DNA from: Bdellovibrionota bacterium | GTDB taxonomy: Bacteria > Bdellovibrionota_C > UBA2361 > OMII01 | Direction of reading: 5' to 3' | Assembly (NCBI GenBank): GCA_044345405.1 | Contig: JBIJBE010000065.1 | Span: 1 to 12,488, forward strand | DNA: 12,488 nt | Shown here: positions 1 through 6,236 of the stretch, piece by piece | Layout: each line of letters begins with the position of its first letter | Position numbering within the stretch: the stretch's first letter is position 1 | Program-made: the position numbers and the translations under genes | Notes under the pieces: generated by a model | The model's input: the letters and a program-made list of their open reading frames with translations, nothing else | Database searches by the model: none | What the model was told of the DNA's origin: nothing

Positions 1-204
1 CTCGATCCGAGGGGTGATGTGGTGGAGATGGAGGCGTCCGTCGGCGCTGTAGAGGGCAACGCTCCACGAACATTAGCGCTAGAGATCTTCTCCCCGGCGA
101 GAGCGAGAGTCGATCTATCGCTCACCAAGGTTGTGCTCAATCCGCCCCTGTCGGAGCGGCTCTTTGAGGTCAAGACGCCGTCTAACTATACGCTCGTCGA
201 CTAA
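1..204 (+). CDS. 3' end of a CDS truncated by the window edge; possibly a LolA-like / lipoprotein-sorting-fold protein
   Basis: Frame 1 is open from base 1 (LDPRGDVVEME...) to TAA at 202-204. The C-terminus 'TKVVLNPPLSERLFEVKTPSNYTLVD' resembles the N-x-x-L-x-x-x-x-F-x-x-x-x-P tail of LolA-like proteins (recognised by eye). The GTG at 19 is probably internal. Confidence 0.5.
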   Translation, partial: LDPRGDVVEMEASVGAVEGNAPRTLALEIFSPARARVDLSLTKVVLNPPLSERLFEVKTPSNYTLVD

Positions 205-213
205 GCTCGCTTT

Positions 214-948
214 CTATTCGACTTTAGTCTTCACCGTCGCGAGACCACCATCAACGCCAAAGACCTGACCGGTTATCCACGACCCTTCATCAGATAGAAG
301 TAGAGCCGCGAGTGGCGCGATATCACCGGGCTCTCCAAGGCGTCCCAGTGGATGGAGCGCTCGAGAAAAAGCCGCGGCGGATTGATTCGACGTGATTTTC
401 TCGCTCATCGCGGTCTGCACGAGCCCCGGAGCGATGCAATTCACCCGTAGCTTACGTTGCGCGTAGGTAGCCGCCGCGGAGAGCGTAAGACCGATGATCC
501 CGGCTTTCGCGGCGGCGATAGCCTCGTGGTTCGCGAGTCCTACACGGCCCGCCGCTGACGAAAAGAGCAGTACGGAGCCCCCGGCGGTCATAGTCCGGGC
601 CGCGGCGCGGACCACAAAAAAAGCTGATGTAAGGTTTTGGTGAATGACAGAGGAGAACTCAGCCTCAGAGGTGAGATGCGCGGGTTTCAGAAGTATTGAG
701 CCAACGCAGTGGGCGACCCCGGATATCTCGCCGAGAGCCGCGGTCGCCTCAGAGAATGCTCGTTCAACCTCCTCAAGATTCGTGGCATCCGCCACCGCGT
801 ATCCACGGGCGCCGACCTCCGCTGCCACACCTTTCAATCGTTCCTCTGTGCGAGCGATAAGAAATGTCGGTACTCCCTTTTCCGAAAGGGATCGCGCTAT
901 CGCTGACCCAATGCCTCCCGTGCCTCCGAAAATCAAGACTCCGCTCAT
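214..948 (-). CDS. Short-chain dehydrogenase/reductase (SDR) family oxidoreductase with atypical active site
   Basis: 244 aa; N-terminal Rossmann motif GGTGGIG, 'FSS', 'LRVNCIAPG', 'PLGRLGEP', 'WITGQVFGVDGG'. GAGGAG RBS upstream of the ATG. YxxxK is replaced by IAAAK. Confidence 0.93.
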   Translation of the reverse strand: MSGVLIFGGTGGIGSAIARSLSEKGVPTFLIARTEERLKGVAAEVGARGYAVADATNLEEVERAFSEATAALGEISGVAHCVGSILLKPAHLTSEAEFSSVIHQNLTSAFFVVRAAARTMTAGGSVLLFSSAAGRVGLANHEAIAAAKAGIIGLTLSAAATYAQRKLRVNCIAPGLVQTAMSEKITSNQSAAAFSRALHPLGRLGEPGDIAPLAALLLSDEGSWITGQVFGVDGGLATVKTKVE

Positions 949-975
949 ATTCGCTCCTCTTTCATAGTTAGCAAC

Positions 976-1005
976 AGTGTAGGACTCCCCCCAGAACTAC
1001 GCCAA
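976..1005 (-). promoter_or_regulatory. Candidate sigma-70 promoter for the SDR gene
   Basis: Minus strand TTGGCG (1005-1000)-N18-TACACT (981-976), about 28 nt upstream of the ATG. Confidence 0.35.
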
Positions 1006-1032
1006 GAAAACAAGGAGGGTCGTTTGGTATAC

Positions 1033-3018
1033 TCAAGGTTTCGCGTTTCTACCCACACTTAGGGAGAACTGAGTTGGCTCCTCCTCGATTCGTCGCAGCT
1101 CAAAGTCTCGCGCTGGAGATAGCACAAGAGGCACCAACTCCTTTGTGACGGAGCTTGTATCCAAACCGAAGCTGCGCTCCTCGGTGAGACTCAACTTGCG
1201 AAGGAAGAAGTATCCCTCCATCAACATTTTATCGATCCATGGCAGGTCGCTCTCAAAGGAGAGCTCCTTGTGCAGGACAACGAATCGGGTGTCCCCTTGA
1301 ATCTCATTCGCCCGCAAGGAACCGTATCGACTCAGAGGATCGACCTCTCCGCGGTGCGCCATGTCCTCGATGATCTTTTTAAAGAAGAGGTTTACGCGTG
1401 GCTCAACTCGGAATCCGAGGTTGAAATCAACTCGGAACACCTTCTTCGGTATGAGGGTAGTCACTTCGTATTCGGTCGTATAGGGCACATCCAATACGTT
1501 CACGTGGATGAACCAATACACGTCGGCCCGCTTCGGATGAACGTGAAAGAGAGAGTAGACAACCTTGCTCTCAATCAACTTCGGAAACGGCGCGCCGGTC
1601 ATGTACACGAGATGGGTCGCGTACTTGGGAACGCTTTCATCCTTACTGAGCGCCTCAAGCGCCGGGAGATGTTGCGGGAGGGACTCGTACTCTGTGTACG
1701 CCATTTTCAGGCGTGAACCCGAGTTCCACGCGTACATGATAAGCCCCACACCCGACGCGACGAGTACGGTGAACCACCCTCCATGAGAGAACTTGAGCAG
1801 GTTCGCCAAGAGGAACGCTCCCTCAATCGTGAGGTACACACCGAGGAAGATAGCCACGAATAGTTTTGGCACCTGCTTTCGTAGGAGGTAGTTCCCGAAG
1901 AGCACGGTCGTCATGAGCATGGTGAGCGTTATCGCGAGACCGTAAGCCGCTTCCATGTGAGCCGACTCTCTAAAGTAGAGAACGACGAGGACGCATCCAA
2001 AAAAGAGCAGAAGGTTAACGGCCGGAACGTAGATCTGCCCCTTGAGTTCTGTTGGATAGACGATCTTAGCTTTCGGAAGCACAGAGAGCCGCATCGCTTC
2101 GGTAGCGAGGGTAAAGGAGCCGCTGATCAGCGCTTGGCTCGCGATGATAGCCGCGCAGGTAGAGATGATAATTCCGGGAAGGAGGAACCAGTCGGGCATG
2201 ATCTCGTAGAAGGGATTGAGCTCTCCCAGGTTAGTTCCGGTCTGGCTAAGCATCCACGCGCCTTGTCCGAAGTAGTTGAGGAGGAGCGCTATCTTCACGA
2301 AGACCCAGGATACCTGAATGTTACCGCGACCACAGTGACCTAAGTCGGAATAGAGCGCTTCGGCTCCGGTAGTACAAAGAAATATAGCTCCAAGGATCCA
2401 GAAGCCGTCCTCATGAAAGAAGAGGAGTTGTAACGCGTAACCCGGATCGAGAGCTCTAAAGATAGAGGGGGTCGCGAACGCCCACGAGGCTCCAAGCACG
2501 GAGAGCATCGAAAACCAACCTAACATCACGGGACCGAAAGAATGGCCCACCAGTTTCGTGCCGAAATGCTGGATCGAGAAAAGAACGGTGAGAATCGTCA
2601 GAACGATCGGAACCGTTTGAATCTCCGGATGGATCTTTCGAAGTCCCTCAATCGCTGAGGAGATGGAGATCGGTGGCGTGATAATTCCATCCGCGAGCAG
2701 CGAACTTCCGCCGATGATTGCCGGTATCAGAAGCCATCGGGCGTTTTTACGTACGAGCGCGTAGAGCGCGAAGATACCTCCCTCGCCACGGTTGTCAGCT
2801 CGAAGGATGAGGGAGACGTATTTGATAGTGGTCAGGAGAGTCAGGGTCCAAAAGACGCAGGAGAGAGCGCCGAGCACGACCTCCTCCTCTATGGCGGTAG
2901 AGCCCGTGACCGCTCGCATCACGTACAGGGGTGACGTGCCGATGTCGCCGTAGATGATCCCCAGCGCGATGAGGAGCCCGCCGGCGGTCACCTTGTTGGG
3001 ATGTAGTCTCTCGGACAT
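1033..3018 (-). CDS. kup: KUP/HAK/KT family potassium transporter
   Basis: Signature motifs IYGDIGTSPLY, ADNRGEGGIFALY, DGIITPPIS, TGAEALYSDLGH, ASQALISG, GQIYVP, AAYGLAI; many hydrophobic segments followed by a cytoplasmic C-domain. Start moved from the ORF-track TTG at 3093 to ATG 3018 (MSERLHPNK..., AAGGG upstream), since the first 25 residues do not look Kup-like. Confidence 0.96.
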   Translation of the reverse strand: MSERLHPNKVTAGGLLIALGIIYGDIGTSPLYVMRAVTGSTAIEEEVVLGALSCVFWTLTLLTTIKYVSLILRADNRGEGGIFALYALVRKNARWLLIPAIIGGSSLLADGIITPPISISSAIEGLRKIHPEIQTVPIVLTILTVLFSIQHFGTKLVGHSFGPVMLGWFSMLSVLGASWAFATPSIFRALDPGYALQLLFFHEDGFWILGAIFLCTTGAEALYSDLGHCGRGNIQVSWVFVKIALLLNYFGQGAWMLSQTGTNLGELNPFYEIMPDWFLLPGIIISTCAAIIASQALISGSFTLATEAMRLSVLPKAKIVYPTELKGQIYVPAVNLLLFFGCVLVVLYFRESAHMEAAYGLAITLTMLMTTVLFGNYLLRKQVPKLFVAIFLGVYLTIEGAFLLANLLKFSHGGWFTVLVASGVGLIMYAWNSGSRLKMAYTEYESLPQHLPALEALSKDESVPKYATHLVYMTGAPFPKLIESKVVYSLFHVHPKRADVYWFIHVNVLDVPYTTEYEVTTLIPKKVFRVDFNLGFRVEPRVNLFFKKIIEDMAHRGEVDPLSRYGSLRANEIQGDTRFVVLHKELSFESDLPWIDKMLMEGYFFLRKLSLTEERSFGLDTSSVTKELVPLVLSPARDFELRRIEEEPTQFSLSVGRNAKP

Positions 3019-3114
3019 TGATAGGGCCCTTGTGTAAAACGCGTGACGTCGCGTGTGGGGTGGGATAGTGCGCACCCCAACCACCTCAGTCAATTAGATG
3101 TTAGAGGCTGAAGT

Positions 3115-3156
3115 TTTATAGCAAAAATGAGGGGAGCTTGCGCATTAGTTGCGCAA
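3115..3156 (-). promoter_or_regulatory. Candidate kup promoter: extended -10 plus operator-like palindrome
   Basis: Minus strand TG-C-TATAAA (3123-3115). Perfect inverted repeat TTGCGCA-N5-TGCGCAA (3138-3156) lies where the -35 would be. Confidence 0.45.
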
Positions 3157-3320
3157 AAAAAGGGGATCGTGCGACCAGATGGATGTGATAGGGGTTCGAA
3201 AGAGCGGTTGGCTAGAACGTCTTTTCGGTGAAGGTTAATAGAATGGCGGTTTGAAAGTCCTTCTTAGGGCCGGATGGAAGGGGAATCGCGATGTGACCTC
3301 AGCCGAGAACGAGACCCCCT

Positions 3321-3451
3321 CCTTTGTGTCCTTTGAGTCCTTTGTGGTCGACTATTTGTTTCGAGGACTGCCTAGCATTCCAAGTGCTCTTGTCTAGGTA
3401 GGGGACACGCGGCGAGGCTTTAAACCACAAAGGACGCTAAGGACACAAAGG
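3321..3451. repeat. Composite inverted repeat: two 28-bp arms, each made of three 9-bp tandem units, 75-bp spacer
   Basis: Left arm 3321-3348 CCTTTGTGT-CCTTTGAGT-CCTTTGTGG-T; right arm 3424-3451 A-CCACAAAGG-ACGCTAAGG-ACACAAAGG. The arms are reverse complements at 26 of 28 positions. Confidence 0.9.
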
Positions 3452-3539
3452 TTTGATTGTAGCCATGGGTCGCGTTCGGAGTCGGCGCACCTCTCTAGTT
3501 CGTGCACTTCGTCCTGAGCAGACAGATAGGAAGCACCTG

Positions 3540-3734
3540 TTAGTGCTTCGGTTGAGCGTCTCCGTTCAAGATAGCCTCGGCGACCTTGCTCGAGTCCACT
3601 TGGTAGGTGCCTCGTTGTAGCTCCTCTTTGATGCGATCAGTGCGACGCATCTTCTCAGCGAGCCACTGAAGAGCTACGGAGGTGAGGCCACGCTTGCGTC
3701 CCTGTTTCGGTTGGTTCGTATTGTCGTCGTTCAT
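3540..3734 (-). CDS. flgM: FlgM-like anti-sigma-28 factor (short, 64 aa)
   Basis: C-terminal 'RTDRIKEELQRGTYQVDSSKVAEAIL' fits the FlgM pattern (R/K)-V-x-x-I-K-x-x-I-x-x-G-x-Y-x-V-D-x-x-K-I-A-x-x-L. AAGGAA RBS lies 6 nt before ATG 3734 (alternative ATG 3740). Confidence 0.78.
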   Translation of the reverse strand: MNDDNTNQPKQGRKRGLTSVALQWLAEKMRRTDRIKEELQRGTYQVDSSKVAEAILNGDAQPKH

Positions 3735-3809
3735 ATCCATTTCCTTTCGGTGGAGGTTCGGGCCCAATCCGTTCCCATAGAGGTCTTGAGCTCCTATCCT
3801 CTACATAAA

Positions 3810-3836
3810 GTAACGACCATTTGGGCCATTTCTTGA
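3810..3836 (-). promoter_or_regulatory. Candidate sigma-28 (FliA/SigD) promoter upstream of flgM
   Basis: Minus strand TCAA (3836-3833)-N15-GTCGTTAC (3817-3810), versus consensus TAAA-N15-GCCGATAA. Correct spacing and orientation for flgM. Confidence 0.5.
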
Positions 3837-3937
3837 TGATTTGGGGCGGAAGAATCCCCCCAAAACCGCTGATATCACCTTGAGGAAATTGGACGTTTTT
3901 TGTTGGAATGGGCGCTCAGATGGCCTTTCCGTGAGAT

Positions 3938-3967
3938 TTTACTTGATGTTATCCGGAGTGCTACATT
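3938..3967 (+). promoter_or_regulatory. Candidate sigma-70 extended -10 promoter for proS
   Basis: TG-C-TACATT (3959-3967) with TTTACT (3938-3943) 18 nt upstream of the hexamer. Confidence 0.3.
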
Positions 3968-4066
3968 TGACCACCTTCCGGATAGGGGGACTGAGCATCC
4001 GAGAACTTCGGAGGTTTTTGTGGCGCAGTCCTAAAACAGTGACCGGTCGATAAGGGTTGAAACCTC

Positions 4067-5587
4067 ATGAACACCAAACAAATGACAGCTATTTCGCCTC
4101 GACGAGAGGATGATTATCCAGAGTGGTACCAGCAGGTCGTGAAGGCCGCTGACCTCGCCGAGAATTCGGCGGTTCGTGGATGTATGGTGATCAAACCGTG
4201 GGGCTACGGCATCTGGGAGAATCTCCAACGCCAGATGGACAAACGTATCAAAGACACTGGTCACAGCAACGCGTATTTCCCGCTCTTCATTCCATTGAGC
4301 TACCTTGAGAAAGAGGCCTCGCACGTTGAGGGGTTCGCCAAAGAGTGCGCGGTTGTAACGCATCACCGTCTTGAGGCGCGTGACGGAAAGTTAATTCCGA
4401 CCGGAGAGCTCGAGGAGCCCCTGATCGTTCGTCCAACCTCAGAGACGATCATCGGTGAATCGTTCGCGAAGTGGGTTCAGTCCTACCGAGACCTCCCTAT
4501 CCTTATCAACCAATGGGCGAACGTCGTCCGTTGGGAGATGCGAACACGACTCTTCCTCCGCACCGCCGAGTTTCTCTGGCAAGAGGGCCACACCGCGCAC
4601 GCGACAGCTCAGGAAGCGGTGGAAGAAACGATGAAGATGCTCGAAGTGTATCGCGAGGTTGTTGAGGATGTTCTCGCTATGCCGGTTATCACCGGAGAGA
4701 AGATTCCTGAGGAGCGCTTCCCTGGAGCGGTTGATACCTATTGCATCGAAGCGATGATGCAGGACCGCAAAGCGCTGCAGGCGGGAACCTCGCACTTCCT
4801 CGGACAAAATTTCGCGAAGGCATCCGAGATTAAGTTCCTCAACAAAGAGGGAGTTGTCGAGTACGCCTACACGACATCGTGGGGAACCTCAACGCGACTC
4901 ATTGGCGGTATGATTATGACGCATGCTGATGACGATGGACTCCGAGTTCCACCAAAGGTGGCTCCGAAGCAGGTTGTTATCATTCCTGTCGTTCCAAAGC
5001 CTGAGACCGAGGCCGCTGTCTTTGAGTACGCCGAATCCTTAGCGACAGCTCTTCGCGCACAGAGTTATAACGGCGCACCGATCGAGGTGATCGTTGATCG
5101 ACGCGACATTCGTGGTGGCGATAAGAGTTGGGAGTGGATAAAGAAGGGAATCCCAGTTCGACTTGAGGTCGGTCCTCGTGACATCGAATCTCGAAAAGCT
5201 GTCGTGTATCGCCGAGATCAGGGGCCACGTGAGAAAGCGTTCGTCGCGTTCGACGAAGTGGTCACCGGTATGCCGGCTCTCCTTGATTCGATCCAGAAGA
5301 GCTACTTCGAGCAGGCGAAGGCGTTCCGAGACGCGAACATCCGCCGAGACATCTCGAACTTCGAGGAGTTCAAAGCGTTCTTTACGCCAAAGAGCGAGGA
5401 CAAGCCTGAGATTCATGGAGGCTTTGTGCTCGCGAAGTGGTCAGGAGATCCAGAGGGACTCGCGAAGCTTCAAGACCTCAAGGTCACCATTCGGTGTCTG
5501 CCGTTTGAGCAGAGCGGAACAACCGGAACGTGTGTCGTAACTGGCAAGCCAGCGACGAAGGACGCGATCTTCGCTAAGGCGTACTAA
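4067..5587 (+). CDS. proS: Proline--tRNA ligase, archaeal/eukaryotic-like type (no INS editing domain)
   Basis: 506 aa; 'EWYQQVVKAADLAE', 'VRGCMVIKPWGYGIWE', 'HVEGFAKE', 'RPTSET', 'QWANVVRWEMRTRLFLRTAEFLWQEGHT', 'ALQAGTSHFLGQNF', 'TSWGTSTRLIG' and terminal 'FAKAY' are characteristic of this ProRS type. Confidence 0.98.
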   Translation: MNTKQMTAISPRREDDYPEWYQQVVKAADLAENSAVRGCMVIKPWGYGIWENLQRQMDKRIKDTGHSNAYFPLFIPLSYLEKEASHVEGFAKECAVVTHHRLEARDGKLIPTGELEEPLIVRPTSETIIGESFAKWVQSYRDLPILINQWANVVRWEMRTRLFLRTAEFLWQEGHTAHATAQEAVEETMKMLEVYREVVEDVLAMPVITGEKIPEERFPGAVDTYCIEAMMQDRKALQAGTSHFLGQNFAKASEIKFLNKEGVVEYAYTTSWGTSTRLIGGMIMTHADDDGLRVPPKVAPKQVVIIPVVPKPETEAAVFEYAESLATALRAQSYNGAPIEVIVDRRDIRGGDKSWEWIKKGIPVRLEVGPRDIESRKAVVYRRDQGPREKAFVAFDEVVTGMPALLDSIQKSYFEQAKAFRDANIRRDISNFEEFKAFFTPKSEDKPEIHGGFVLAKWSGDPEGLAKLQDLKVTIRCLPFEQSGTTGTCVVTGKPATKDAIFAKAY

Positions 5588-5621
5588 CAGGTTCACGCTT
5601 TCACAGAGACACGGAGCTGCA

Positions 5622-6062
5622 TCAGCGAGTTGCTGTCGCCGACACATTCGCAAGGCACGAGGACGTATTGGCTCGCGCTGGAATCTTGTTGATATCACCG
5701 CGATAGGAGATCGTCGCGGAGTTGTCACCTGTCAGGATGAGAGTTATTCCTACAAGCTCCGGTGAACACCCTGTTATCGCTTCAGCCGTAAACCCGGTTT
5801 CCGTTCGTTTTCCGTGCATGACGCAGGTGTCTTCTTTCGCAACCACGTCAGAACCGATCTGGTCGCTTCCCTCGACAGCAAGGTGAAGTTTGCCGACGAT
5901 ATTTCCTGTGCCCGTTTTGATGAGGGTGCCGTTCGAGCACGAAGCTCCCCCATAAATCTTGTTACCGGTCCACGTGCCCTTAACGTGAGAAGAGGGCGCG
6001 CGTGATGATAAGGCTGCGCATCCGAGGCAGAGCATGACGATGAGAAGATAGGACGGTTTCAT
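5622..6062 (-). CDS. Hypothetical lipoprotein (146 aa), beta-rich, four Cys after the lipobox
   Basis: ATG 6062 with GGAG 6 nt upstream; MKPSYLLIVMLCLG-C signal peptide with lipobox; Gly/Thr-rich mature region starting 'VKGTWTG'. Confidence 0.75.
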   Translation of the reverse strand: MKPSYLLIVMLCLGCAALSSRAPSSHVKGTWTGNKIYGGASCSNGTLIKTGTGNIVGKLHLAVEGSDQIGSDVVAKEDTCVMHGKRTETGFTAEAITGCSPELVGITLILTGDNSATISYRGDINKIPARANTSSCLANVSATATR

Positions 6063-6199
6063 AGGAGACTCCACGGTTCTTAACACTGATGTTATGAGGG
6101 TCGGAGAGGGTACTATGGACTAACTCCTAACCTCTTGTAAGGGCAGGGTATCGGGTACCAGGACGATGTGTACCGTGTGTTTTTTCTCGGGTGGAGGGT

Positions 6200-6227
6200 A
6201 GGCGGCCTCACGATTGGTGGGCCGCCT
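6200..6227. terminator. GC-rich hairpin just downstream of fabD (possible terminator/3' stabiliser or REP-like element)
   Basis: AGGCGGCC-T-CAC-gattg-GTG-GGCCGCCT, 9 nt past the fabD stop; no adjacent U-tract on the minus strand. Confidence 0.45.
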
Positions 6228-6236
6228 GAAAGGTAC

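Noticed and set aside
644-2343. Plus-strand ORFs antisense to the SDR and kup genes (644-967, 709-906, 1270-1716, 1565-1786, 1957-2343)
   Set aside because: They overlap well-supported genes on the opposite strand and have no recognisable motifs; typical shadow ORFs.
3019-3093. 25-codon N-terminal extension of Kup from the ORF track
   Set aside because: TTG start without a clear RBS, sequence is not Kup-like, and it lies over hairpins better explained as leader.
3186-3206. GGGGTTCGAAA resembling a tRNA T-loop
   Set aside because: No complementary T-stem, acceptor stem or cloverleaf.
3321-3451. CRISPR mini-array interpretation of the 28-bp arms
   Set aside because: The arms are inverted, not direct; only two copies, a 75-nt spacer, and no cas genes.
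3840-3860. TTTGGGGCG...GAATCC similar to part of the ydaO c-di-AMP riboswitch
   Set aside because: Wrong strand for kup and the other conserved ydaO segments are absent.
3841-4053. 70-aa plus-strand ORF upstream of proS
   Set aside because: TTG start, no RBS, runs through promoter-like elements, no family features; not a Pro-rich leader peptide.
4032-4053. TAAA...GTCGATAA as a sigma-28 promoter for proS
   Set aside because: Spacing is 10 nt rather than about 15, and nothing resembles a -35 at the correct distance.
6188-6227. CGGGTG...GGTGGGCCGCC resembling an nhaA-I type riboswitch motif
   Set aside because: On that strand no gene follows (it faces the fabD 3' end), and the GGCCGCC is explained by the local hairpin.
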